A DNA stretch of 64,000 nucleotides from Octopus sinensis (Eukaryota): assembly GCF_006345805.1 (NCBI RefSeq), contig NC_043023.1:4588001-4652000 (forward strand), written 5' to 3'. Under the pieces are notes generated by a model. The model saw only the letters and a list, made by a program, of their open reading frames with translations. It did not search any database and was not told the DNA's origin. The position numbers were made by a program, and so were the translations under genes. Positions 24,020-35,032 of this stretch are shown piece by piece; position 1 is the stretch's first letter, and each line of letters opens with the position of its first letter.

Positions 24020-24856
24020 AGCATTTGGAAATTTTAAAATGGTGTCCAACTTGTCCAGATATGGCCTGACAAGTTTATAGGAGTGGCTGAGTTCTTTTTA
24101 CATTCTATCTGTGCCTCGGTCCTATTGAATCCATTGCTTTTCGGGTCTGCAGTAAATCTGGCACAAAACACGTTCACCTTTGGGGAATCTCGCTGATGCT
24201 CAAGAAGTTCATGTGGGTTTTCAGTACCCCATATGCGAGTGTTATTCTTGTTGACTTTGCCATTTACATGGAAGGTTGCCTCATTGCTGGTCGTCAAATC
24301 CGTCATCTTCCAACTTCTCTTGCATTGCAATGCAAAAGTCATGATGAACTGGTTTATCAGCATTCTGCAACTGTTGGGACTAACTGTAGCTTGTAAGGTG
24401 TCATCTGCAGTCGTCCTTTTAAGATACGTCAAACAGTTGTTGTGGGAAACTGAAGTTCCCTACTGGCTCTTCTGATCGATTTACGGGGGCTCCGCTCAAA
24501 GGCTGTCCGAACTCACTCAACCGTATCATCTGAAGTTGAGGGGCGTCCCGTTCTCTTAGTTGGGCACAAACACCCATCCTTCATGAATTTACCATGCCAT
24601 CTCAATATGGACTTCCTTTCTGGTGCCTCTTTTTGGAATTTTGTGCAAAATGCACATCGAACAAGTGTCCATGATTCAGTTTTTGCAAACACCTTTTTTG
24701 GTGAGTGAACGCCATTACTGGATCTGAAAAAATATGAAAAATCATTAGCATTACAAAAAAACTTAATGAATTTAGCTTTAAAATGGTTCCAGTTTCATCT
24801 TACTACCAGCAGATATGAGGACTTGAAATGTGCCCAAGACTTCAGGAACACCCTGC
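24020..24856 (-). mobile_element. Tc1/mariner-superfamily (maT/DD37D-like, DUF4817-type) transposon remnant
   Basis: Minus strand ..RTGRPSTSDDTVE*VRTAFERSPRKSIRRASRELQ.. and NEATFHVNGKVNKNNTRIWGTENPH..RDSPKVNVFCA. Terminus cagggtgttcctg at 24856. Confidence 0.8.
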
Positions 24857-25641
24857 ATTGTGTTAAAAAAAGTCAAAAATTATCCATAGGACTTAAACTC
24901 TCATCTGTAAACATGATAGATCTTCTACCATTAAACCAAAGTGATCTTCCAAATTTTTGTATCCATCTCTCCAGTGAGAATACTGGTACTCAGTTGGATA
25001 CAAGGATGAGAGTTCCAGTTGAGCCAATCAGCATAACAGCCTGCTCATGAAATTAACATGCAAATGGCTGAGTACTCCACAGTCACATATACCCATAACA
25101 TAGTTCTTAGGGAGATTCAGCATGACACATAAATATGACAAGGCTGGGCATTTGAAATACAGGTACAACTCATTTTTACCAGCTGAGGGGACAGAAACAA
25201 TGTGAAATAAAGTGTCTTGCTCAAGGGCACAATGCACTGCCAGGAATGGAACTCATGACTTTACGACTGTGAGCCAACTACCCTAACCACTGAGCCATAT
25301 GCCTTCACACCAGTGGGAATAGCATGTTGTTGAAACAGATGATGACTCTATAATAACATGTTTAAATTGAGTTGAAAAAGCTTTTGGAGAGAAAAAGTTG
25401 AAGACTGTCAGGTTTGAAATTCTCCTTGCATTTTATTTATTCTTACCACAAAGAATTGTATTGTGTTGATGTTATGAGAATTTGGAAACTGAGAGAGGAC
25501 ATGAAATAATTACTTTTTTAGAATAGAGAATCTCGAAGCAGCTAAAGCTATAAATAACAACAAGTAAATATTGGTTAAAAAGCAACATACAATTCTCACT
25601 GATAAGAATTAAATTTCTAAAATGGAGAGAGAATTTGAAAA

Positions 25642-25696
25642 GATTGCTTTAGTCCAATGGTACAACACCTGTCTCATACACAGGAGACGTGGGTTC
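25642..25696 (+). pseudogene. 3'-truncated tRNA-like sequence (CAT anticodon loop)
   Basis: D-region tagtccaatggta, anticodon arm CCTGT-ctcatac-ACAGG, variable loop agac, T-arm start gtgggttc. The 3' half is missing. Confidence 0.5.
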
Positions 25697-25883
25697 TTTG
25701 TATGCCAAAGAAATTTTCAATCCAATATTTAAACATTATTATTTATAGCTTTATCTACTCTGAGTTCCACTGTTAAAAATGAATTATTTCGTGTTCTCTC
25801 AAAAGTTTATTCTTATGATATCAATAACATACAATTTTCACTGATAGGAATAAAGTTTCTGAACTGGATAGAGAATTTTCCAG

Positions 25884-25955
25884 GATTGCTTTGGAATATT
25901 GGTAGAATGCCTGTCATGAGTACAGGAGATGTGAGTTCAAGTCCCATTAACAGTC
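25884..25955 (+). pseudogene. Degenerate 72-nt tRNA-like sequence, second unit of a ~242-bp tandem
   Basis: GATTGCT..TGGTAGAA..CCTGT-catgagt-ACAGG-agat-GTGAG-ttcaagt-CCCAT-taacagtc. The upstream flank is homologous to that of the 25642 copy. Confidence 0.5.
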
Positions 25956-27079
25956 TTCAAATGTTTCTATCCAAAAGGGCTTTTTTAACCCAATATTTAT
26001 ATATCACTTTTTTTTTTTTTTGCAATCTTATTTTCTTTTCAGTTATTTCTTTGAAACAGACCATATTATTCTAAATTCAACTGATAATTCTAAACAATGA
26101 TGTCTCAGATTACAAGCTTCATTGGAATATTGTGCTGTTTGTTCTTCCTGCCAACAGTTTTACCAGTCTCAATATGTGAGTAATTTAATTACTTGTTTGG
26201 ATTTTTTAAAACTTTCTGTACAACAGGCATGGCTGTGTGGTAAGAATTTTGCTTTAGAACAAGGGTTTCTGAGTTCAGTCCACTGCGGGTCACCTTGGGC
26301 AAATGTCTTCTATTATAGCTGACCAAAGCTTCGTGAGTGGATTTGGTTGACAGAACCTGAAAGAAGCCCATTGTGAATATATGTGTGTGTGTGTGAGTGT
26401 GTGTATACAATGCAGAACTCAATATACATATGCTTCAGAATGAAATAAATTGCACTTCCTATTCAAGGCTCTGATAATGCTATAATGTGTTACTTGGCAC
26501 TCACCTATGAGTGCACTGCATCTTATAGCAGAAACAGCTGTAAGCTAATGAAGTTCCTAAGATAATCATTTATTCTTTTGTCATCTCATGTTTTTATGTA
26601 TGTATGTGTGTGTGTGTCACTAGTGGAGCCACAAGTGTAAAGTATAATCTTGTCTGAGTGCAGAACGTTCTCAAAAGCTGGTGATGGTCTTCATCAGTCA
26701 TGAATGAACTGCCAACATCAGTGTGTGTGTGTGTATGTGTGTGTGTCTCCCACCAACTTACTAGTTCAACAAAACAAAACAATAGAATAAATAGCAGGCT
26801 TTACTGATAAATACTGGGGTTGATTTGTTCAACTAAACCAGCATGGCATTACTTTAGTGATTGAAACAATTCAAAAGATAAAAACTCAACTAATCTCTGA
26901 ACATAGCACTACACCTTATGAGGGTTCACAGTGAGGACCAATAAGTTATTTGCTGTATTTGTGATATTGAGAAAAGTAACAGAGAGAAAATATCACAGGG
27001 GGATTTGCCTAAAAAGCACTGGAATTTAAAAAATTTTTCCTATTGTATATATATATATATATAACCTTGTGGCCTATGC

Positions 27080-27637
27080 TAGGGGTGTAACCAGTCCACT
27101 TATGTGTGCCTTCTCTTCATTGGACACTAAACTCTGCTTGCAAAGACCAGTTGAGGCAAGTGAAATCAAAGTCGAAATCAAACTCGGTGACTGGCATCTG
27201 TTGCTAGTGAAGCGCTAAGTGTACCATAACGAGTGAGATCATTGCCAGAGCAACAAGCTGGCCTTCGTGGCAATGGCACGTTAAACACACCATTCGAGCA
27301 TGATCATTACCGCGTCGCCTTGCCAGTACTTGTGCTGGTGGCATGTGAAATATTCGAGCGAGGTCGTCACCAGTGCCGCTGGACTGGCTCCTGTGCAGGT
27401 GGCACGTAAAAAGCACCATTTGGGTGTGGCTGTTGCCAGTACCACCAAACTGCCCCCCATGCCAGTGGCACATAAAAGCACCCACTACATTCTCGGAGTG
27501 GTTGGTGTTAGGGAGGGCATCCAGCTGTAGAAACTCTGCCAGATCAGATTGGAGTCTGGTTCACCAGACCTCAGTCAAATCATCCAACCCATGGAAAGCG
27601 GACGTTAAAGGAGGAGGAGGAGGATGATGATGATGAT

Positions 27638-27640
<3 letters not shown>
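27080..27640 (+). mobile_element. 5'-truncated RTE 3' UTR with ~65-70 bp internal subrepeats
   Basis: Repeated gtggcacgt(a)aaaagcacc units followed by the shared tail and GAG/GAT repeats. Confidence 0.75.
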
Positions 27641-27699
<59 letters not shown>

Positions 27700-27900
27700 G
27701 ATGCCATGTAAAAGTGGCCATGTCAGTGTGATGTAAAAGCACCTGTGCTATTGCCACATAAAAGTGCCTGTGTTGGTGTAATGTAAAAGCCCCTGTGCTA
27801 TTGCCATGTAAGTGCATCCATGCTGGTTCCATGTAAGGACACCTGTGCCAGTGTCATGTAAAAGCACCCATGTCAGTGCCACATAAAAGTACTCAGTCCA
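27700..27900 (+). repeat. ~23-bp degenerate tandem array built on CATGTAAAAGCACC
   Basis: About 8-9 copies of tgccatgtaaaagcacctgtgct-like units upstream of an RTE-type tail. Confidence 0.8.
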
Positions 27901-29214
27901 CTCTGTAAAGTGGTTGGCATTGGGAAAGGCAGCCAATTCTAGAAACCCTGCCAAAACAGAGAAATGGAGCCTGGGCAGTTCTCCAGCTCATGTCAAGCTG
28001 TCCAACTCATGCCAGCATGGAAAATGGATGTTGAATGGCGATGATATTGATGATGCATATAACTTGTTACACCTGTTTATTCCACTTGTGTCATGTTTTA
28101 GTAACAAGTCATGCACATGTTCTTTTTTCTTGTTATTATTGCTATGACAGTGAGATTTGAACATGATGAACATTAGAGCTGAAACCTATGAGATTCAATT
28201 GTCATGCACTGAGCTGATCCAATCGTACCTATATATATAATTCAGGTAACATTTCTTCTGATGACATAAGTTTAATAGGTAAATGGAATTACTGCTCATA
28301 GTTGACATGATGACTAAAACTCCAATGAGAACAGCAATTAAAGGCAGAGATGTTAAAGCTACATTATGAAAATTGGATTTAGGCAGTGTTTCAATCAAGC
28401 AGGTACACGTATAACACGGTGTAACAATTTTTTTTTTCTTTTTTCTTTTGGCTTTGGTAAGTGAGTATTACTGCCTATTTGTTTCTATCTAGAAATCAAA
28501 TGAAAATTATTCCCTTCAAATTTTGCTTTTGTCTCCTGGACATCAATGTTTTGAAACTGACTAATTTTCCATTACATTTCAGAAAGATTCACAGCTGAGT
28601 TGCTGAAGCAGAAATATCACTTTAGCAAATTTTCTGCCCAATACCACAGATTTGTTTGTCAGTTCCTTGACCTTAACTACTTGAGCATGTCCCTTAGAGA
28701 CTGACAATATGTGCATCTCTCATCATGAACATTTATAATTATAATAAATAAAGATGGAATGAACAGGCTTCACAACAATTGTTTTTGTACGTTAACCTTC
28801 CAGCTTCAAGGCAGCTACTGAAAGTTTGTTAAGCCTTTGTGCCCTTTGGCAGAGTGGAAGTCATCATGTGTATTCCTCCGTTGCTAGCTTTCAAAGGGCA
28901 GAGGAATGCAATGCAGTACCAGTGTGTTGTTACGCAGGGTGAAATAGTTCATCTGCCCTGATACAGTTCAATGTGCCTTGTGAGATTCACATGGACCCAC
29001 TGCTATAACTGTACATTTCCATCAATTTCAACACATTCTTTCATGATGGGTTCCTTCAGATGATTTATATCTGTGACTTTCCTTAAGTACCCCTCCTTCA
29101 AAATAACCCTTTGCTAAGGTATGCTGAAATCAAAGGGACTAATATCCAGTAAGGAGTCCATTCCACAAGAATAGCAATATTTCCCATGTTTCCAGGCCAC
29201 TCTGTATCTTTTAC

Positions 29215-29590
29215 TTGTTTTAGTCATTAGACTGTGGCTATGCTGGGACACTACCTTGAAGGATTTTTAGTCGAATGAGGCAACCCCCAACACTTATTAT
29301 TCTTTTGCAAAGTTTGTTACTTATTCTATCGGTCTCTTTTGTTGAACCACTAAGTTACAGGAACATAAACTTGCCAATACCAATTGTCAAGTGGCAGTGG
29401 GGGACAAAACACACACACACACACATGTATATATGTATACGACAAGTTTCTTTCAGTTTCCATCTACCAAATCCACTCACAAGGCTCTGGTTAGCCTGAA
29501 GCTCTAGTAGAAGACATTTGCCCAAAGTGCTGCACAGCGGGACTGAACCCAGAACCAAATAGTTCAGGAGTAAACTTCTTACCACATGGC
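29215..29590 (-). mobile_element. tRNA-derived cephalopod SINE
   Basis: Reverse complement of the family at 16390-16740. Confidence 0.8.
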
Positions 29591-29700
29591 TATGTCTATG
29601 CCTATATGTACATATTATTTTTTTCTTTCATTCTTCAAAATCTCTTCACAAAACTTCATCTTCAAATACAACTCTGACTTCTGTCTCGGTTCATCATCAG

Positions 29701-29942
29701 ACAATATGGATGAGCCCAGTACCTGCGATCAGACGGTGAAGGTCTATGAAACGCCAATCATCGTTAATGCTAGAAAATCAACAGTCACACCATCAAATCC
29801 TCGCCAGTATTGTGACCTCTACCTGGAAGCCAGCTCCACAGACAATGCCTACCGACTACAGATCATCATCAAGAGTGTGGCCATCAAAGACTCTGCATTT
29901 CGTCTCAGAATCATAGATGGTACCAGAAATGGCAACCTTCTC
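29701..29942 (+). CDS. Internal coding exon A: N-terminal part of a divergent CUB-like domain of a single-pass membrane protein
   Basis: Acceptor tcatcatcag| (branch-like ctgac upstream), donor |gtaagt. Phase 1 to phase 0. (D)NMDEPSTCDQTVKVYETPIIV..QYCDLYLEA..LQIIIKSVAIKDSAFRLRIIDG. Confidence 0.8.
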
Positions 29943-30109
29943 GTAAGTTCTGTTTGACTCCTATAGTTTTTTCTCTGTCAGTCTTCATCACATTAGCAAC
30001 AATTCCTCTGCCTCCTCCTCCTCCTTCTTCATACATAATTGTTTGTATGTATTTATATAGTAACAGAAAGGGAGGAATTTTGATTGAAGTGTGATGAGTT
30101 GCAATGCAA

Positions 30110-30367
30110 AAAATATATATTAAAAAAATAAAAGAAGGGAAATGCACACACTTTACATAGTTTTAATATATTTTATATTATGTTTCACTTTTGCTAATCA
30201 TGACACTGAAATTATTGTAATGTTAAAAAATACAAAATTACAATAATTTCAGTGTCATGATTAGCGAAAGTGAAACCGGTTAACAAAGATAATATCAAAT
30301 ATATTAAAAATATTTTAAAACTATGTAAAGTGTGAGCATTTTCCTTCTTTTATTTTATATATATTTG

Positions 30368-30368
<1 letters not shown>
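30110..30368. repeat. Intronic fold-back element with variant hammerhead-like motif
   Basis: Inner arms 30182-30221/30238-30277 and outer arms ~30112-30176/30300-30368. It contains ATGATTA-GC-GAAA-GT-GAAA-CCGG-TT at 30257-30281. Confidence 0.8.
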
Positions 30369-30420
<52 letters not shown>

Positions 30421-30538
30421 ATCCAGTGTACAGTATTATATTTCCATTACAGCCGATCTTACCAATGAGTGCCATTATTACTTGACATTCTGTTACTTAT
30501 TTTGATTTTATGTGTTTATGTATATGTGCATATATATA

Positions 30539-30574
<36 letters not shown>

Positions 30575-30576
<2 letters not shown>

Positions 30577-30848
30577 GTGTGTGTGGATGTGGTAACCACT
30601 ATATTGGACAAACAGGAATATCACTCCGTCGAAGAACCACCATCCACAAAGAACAAATCCACCACCCACGATACAAACAGTTTCAGGTTAGTGAAAGGTG
30701 TGCTAGGAATCCTAATTTCCAAATCTTCCCCTTCTATCAATGTTCACAGAACACCTCAATACAACAAAGATTGAATAAAAAGGCAATTTTCATCAATAAA
30801 TATTTTCCCCAACTAAATATGAACCTCATAACTTACATACGTAATTAA
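30575..30848 (+). pseudogene. Penelope/Poseidon-type GIY-YIG endonuclease 3' fragment
   Basis: CGCGNHYIGQTGISLRRRTTIHKEQI...IFPFYQC..QRLNKKAIFINKYFPQLN*. Confidence 0.8.
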
Positions 30849-31539
30849 TACCACTAACCCCCATACATCCCTTACACCACTCACATTACAATTCTATCTC
30901 TAACCTAACTGCACAAAATCCAGAACTACTTACCTCCCTTACAAATAATCTTTTTACTCAAGAACTATTAGACCTGACACCGTTCATTAGCCGGTGTTCA
31001 TTCAAAGCAATGAATAGCTCATGATGAAACCGTGGTATGCCGAATCTATTTAATTATCTCATAATAATGACTTTTATTACTACCTCAGTTCAGTTCATCT
31101 AAATGTATATATGTCATTACCTTTCATAAAAAGCCTTTTCTTTTTTTATTTACAATATGCATTTTTTATTGATTTTTCTTACTTCCCCCTTACATTTCCA
31201 TGTGTAGTTTCTATTTTCTTTTTGTAACATATTTCTATTATATATATATATATACACACACACATATGTATATGTGTATATATATATGTATATGTGTGTG
31301 TATATATGCGTGTATGTATATGTATGTGTGTATATATGTGTGTATAAATATATAGGCGTATATGCATATGTAAGTATATAAATGTATATATTTGTGTGTC
31401 CCTGCATGTATGTACATACAAAAGCAGACTCAGGAGTGTCTGTGTGGTAAGAAGTTTACTTTCCAATTACATGATTTTAGATTGAGTGCCATTGCATGGC
31501 ACCTTGGGCAACTCCCTTCTACTGTAGACTCTGCAATGG

Positions 31540-32305
31540 AAGAGGGTTGGTTGTTAAAACAGCCAGGCCCCATGTGTTGAAAGCAACAATAATTACAGGC
31601 AACATGATGGGTGAGAATGTCTTCATTCCAAGGATAGCTCTCATCTCAAATGATCTCTCCTTTCAGTTCAAGACTGCAATTTCCTGTCAAACTTAGCTTT
31701 GCAGTGTTTATCAACAAAGCACAAAGTCAATCTCTAAAGGTGGTGGAACTTAACCTCCTTCAGCCTTGCTACTCACATGGTCAGCTATATGTTGGATGTT
31801 CTAGAGTTGGAGATGCAAAGAATCTCTACATTTTCAATGATAAACATGACAAAACAGAAATCATAGTATGTGGAGAAATACTTACATGAATAGTATGTGC
31901 ATGTCATATACAGAAGTGTAAAACCATTACTTTTCCGCTGACATGCTTCTGCGTGTATAAAAGTGAAAAAAACATGATATATTCACTGTCTGTTAGTGTG
32001 TGTGTGTGTACTCTACATGCGGCCTTTCATTGTTTGTAATCTGTACCTGTTTTTTGGTTAAGAAATAAGCAACACAAAACGTGTTTTTGAATTATGTGTA
32101 TTTACTTTATATACATATATGAGTTGAAAACTTTCTCTTAACATTTCACTTAACGTCTATGTTCCATGCTGGCATGGGTTGGAGAGTTATTAATGTGGAA
32201 AGTTGATATCTCAGCTACTAGCAGTTGAGACCTGCATAATCTAGACGGTGTTTTTAAATTTCGTTATTTTCTTTAACCTGGGCAATGCAAAGTATTTCTG
32301 AAAGT
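31540..32305 (+). mobile_element. Helitron 3' remnant (PIF1 helicase C-terminus)
   Basis: KATIITGNMMGENVFIPRI..RLQFPVKLSFAVFINKAQSQSLKVV..CYSHGQLYVGCSRVG. A decayed terminal hairpin/CTAG lies near 32280-32305. Confidence 0.85.
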
Positions 32306-32396
32306 GTGTGTGTGTGTAGAAAAATGAAGAAAAAGTTCTTGGTACAGTATTATATATATATTTGAAAGAATGAGTAGAGATTACCTTTTTGCGGGG

Positions 32397-32743
32397 ATAA
32401 TTTTTATTTTAATCTTTATAATAATAATGTTTACCGTGAGTTACTCTGAGTTTCAAACTTTCAAGTAACTGTTTTCAAACTGAAGAATGTATGTTTTACT
32501 GGTTACTTAAATAGCAAAAACTTTTTCTTACAAGTAAACATACAAAAAATATACACAAAAAAGAGAAAAGAATATAAAAAGATAATAAATATTTCTCTTT
32601 TCTGTGAATATTTTTTTGTATGTTTACTTGTAAGAAAAGATCTTCTGCTGTTTAAGCAGTTTGGAAATGACTACTTGAAAGCTTGAAACTCATATCAGAG
32701 TAACTCACTGTAAACATTATTATTAAGATTAAATAAAAATTAT
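32397..32743. repeat. Intronic fold-back element (~165-bp imperfect arms)
   Basis: ataatttttattttaatc...gagttactctgagtttc pairs with gaaactc..cagagtaactcac...gattaaataaaaattat. The inner arms cttacaagtaaacatacaaaaaa/ttttttgtatgtttacttgtaag also pair. Confidence 0.85.
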
Positions 32744-33455
32744 TTCTTCAAAAAAGCCATCTCTAATCATTCTTTCAAATATATATATTTATATATGTGT
32801 GTATGTGTGTGTTGTATTCTTGAGCAAGACACTTTATTTCACATTGCTCTAGTTCAATCAACTGTAGAAATGAGTTGCAATATCACTGATGCCACTGTAT
32901 TGGCCTTTGCTTTCCCTTGGACTACATTGGTGGCATGGAGGCTGGTATGCATGGGTGAGTGCTGGTCTTCCATAAACAACCTTGCCCCGACTTGTGCCTC
33001 AGAGGGGATCTTTGTAGATGCAATCCCCTGGTCATTTTGACTGAAGGAGGTCTTTATGTGTGTGTGTGTGTGTGTGTGTGTCTGTGAAGGCATATGGTTC
33101 AGTGATTTGAGCATCAGGCCCACAATCGTGAGATTGTGAGTTTGATTCTCAGACTGGGCTGTGTGTTGTGTTCTTGAGCAAGACACTTTATTTCACGTTG
33201 CTCCAGTTCACTCAGCTGTAAAAATGAGTTGTGACATCACTGGTGCCAAGCTGTATCAGCCCCTTTGCCTCTCCCTTGAACATGGGAAACTGCTGGTCTT
33301 CCATAAACAACCTTGCATGGACTTGTGCCTTGGAGGGGAACTTTCTCGGTGCTATCACATGCACATTTGTGATCAAAGGTCACCTTTACCTATTTTTTAT
33401 ATATCTCCATTTTGTTTTCTTTTTGTTTTCTTTTTCATCAACTGATTGGCATCAG

Positions 33456-33588
33456 AGACAGTTGGGACATGGCTCCAAGACCACTGACATGATAGTCACC
33501 AAATCTAGCACTGCTGTTCTTTCATTGTATAGACCTAAAACACAATACTATACAGAGAATGATTTTTCTTTGGAGATAAAAGGATACC
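33456..33588 (+). CDS. Internal coding exon B: C-terminal part of the CUB-like domain
   Basis: First AG after a polypyrimidine tract (33454-33455), donor |gtaagt at 33589. Phase 0 to phase 1 exactly bridges exons A and C. RQLGHGSKTTDMIVTKSSTAVLSLYRPKTQYYTENDFSLEIKGY. Confidence 0.8.
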
Positions 33589-33614
33589 GTAAGTAACAGT
33601 ATTTATGTTGTCTA

Positions 33615-33825
33615 TGTCCTTCTCGTCATCACCATCATCTTCCTCATCAACATCATTGTCATCAGTATCATCATCATCAGTAACATCGTTATCACCATCT
33701 TCATCAGCAGCAGCATCAACATCATCACCTTCATTATCATCATCATCAACATCCTCATTTTCATCTCCTCCATCGTCATCATCAACATCATCAGCATCAA
33801 CATCATCATCATTGTTATTATTGTA
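33615..33825. repeat. Imperfect (ATC)n trinucleotide tract
   Basis: Directly visible; it explains the D-rich, S-rich and M-rich spurious ORFs here. Confidence 0.9.
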
Positions 33826-34276
33826 AGGTAGCAAGCTGGAAGAATCATTAGCAGCATTTCGTCCTTCTTTATGCTCTGAGGGCAAATTCCACAAAGATTG
33901 GCTTTACTTTTTATCTTTTCAGGGTTGGTAAATTAAGTACCAGTGAAACACTGGGGTCGATGTAATCGACTTGTCTCCTCCCACTAAATTTCAGGCCTTC
34001 TGCCTTTAGTATAAAGGATTATTATCAGTGGTGGGCACAGCTAACCAAAAAGTTGGCTTCAGTAACTGCTAACCCACAGATTAAAAAGGATTATTATTAA
34101 ACTTTCGAAAATAGTGACATTACCTTGATAGGTGACGTGTTGTGGGTGGGGGCATGAATAACCAAGATGAGGGATGTAATGATGGTCGGAATTTGGTAAG
34201 TTCAGAACTTAAGGTTTGTTAATTTGTTATTTCATTAAAGACTGCAGTTTTGGCTGTGCAAACTTAATCATGAGTG

Positions 34277-34316
<40 letters not shown>

Positions 34317-34578
34317 CAATTAAGGACAACTACTTAATAAGGAAAACTTAACAAGAATTGTCAGGTAGATAGCGTGAAAACCTCATAAGAGAAAAAATTT
34401 CGAAAATAATTATTTCTTATTGAACATATTAATTTATATATAGAGGGCATTATACATACATGCCAGAAGGCATTATACATACATGCCACACGCTAAGAGG
34501 GACAATTAGTCATTTCTACCAAAAATATTACTAATCCCACCGAATGCAATTTTTCAAAGTAAGACATTTAAAAAATAT

Positions 34579-34626
34579 AGACCTGTATCACAGTGATTTC
34601 ATACTTACGTATTCATCAGCAGGCCT
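34579..34626 (-). ncRNA. Minimal type I hammerhead ribozyme (minus-strand copy)
   Basis: Exact reverse complement of 34985-35032. Confidence 0.88.
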
Positions 34627-34984
34627 GAATGTATTATAAATAAACAACGACCCTGCCCCGCTTAAGCCGATCAGCTAACTGATCAACATCAACGAAGCAC
34701 ATGGGTGAGTTTACATATATTACATCCGGATAAATGGCAAACTTTTACGAATTGCATTTCAGGAGAGGAAAAGTTTTTTTGGAATAAAAATTTAGCAATT
34801 AAGGACAACTACTTAATAAGGAAAACTTAACAAGAAATTGTCAGGTAGATAGCGTGAAAACCTCATAAGAGAAAAAATTTCGAAAATAATTATTTCTTAT
34901 TGAACATATTAATTTATATATAGAGGGCATTATACATACATGCTCATTATACATACAGGGTCGTTGTTTATTTATAATACATTC

Positions 34985-35032
34985 AGGCCTGCTGATGAAT
35001 ACGTAAGTATGAAATCACTGTGATACAGGTCT
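34985..35032 (+). ncRNA. Minimal type I hammerhead ribozyme
   Basis: Stem I AGGCCTG/CAGGTCT; CTGATGA 34992-34998; stem II ATAC-GTAA-GTAT (GNRA loop); GAAA 35011-35014; stem III TCAC-t-GTGA; AUA triplet 35023-35025. Confidence 0.88.

Noticed and set aside
26655-26705. Minus-strand CTGATGA-AGACC...GAGAACGTTC hammerhead-like motif
   Set aside because: Stem II 3' strand, GAAA and stem I are all broken; at most a decayed relic.
27250-27900. CRISPR-like repeat-spacer appearance (also 40100-40400 and 36407-36575)
   Set aside because: The spacers are homologous to each other, the repeats are degenerate, they lie within RTE 3' UTRs, the context is eukaryotic and there are no cas genes.
28255-28310. 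CTGATGA-CAT...ATG-GAAT motif
   Set aside because: GAAT instead of GAAA, and no stem I or III.
28195-28398. Minus-strand ORF with hydrophobic segment
   Set aside because: Short, no convincing splice context and no partner exons.
28366-28456. Possible signal-peptide exon MKIGFRQ...FFFLFSFGF with phase-1 GTAAGT donor
   Set aside because: The phase fits exon A, but the hydrophobic part is only a T-run, the n-region is too long and the donor abuts a dispersed repeat. It is not supportable without RNA data.
29586-29700. ATG-initiated extension of exon A (MAMSMPICTYYFFLSFF) as a signal peptide
   Set aside because: The ATGs come from a SINE end and the hydrophobic stretch is the polypyrimidine tract before a good acceptor.
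33535-33894. Acidic D-rich, S-rich and M-rich ORFs, and similar ORFs at 18557-19056, 38800-39286 and 58154-58550
   Set aside because: Translations of trinucleotide microsatellites.
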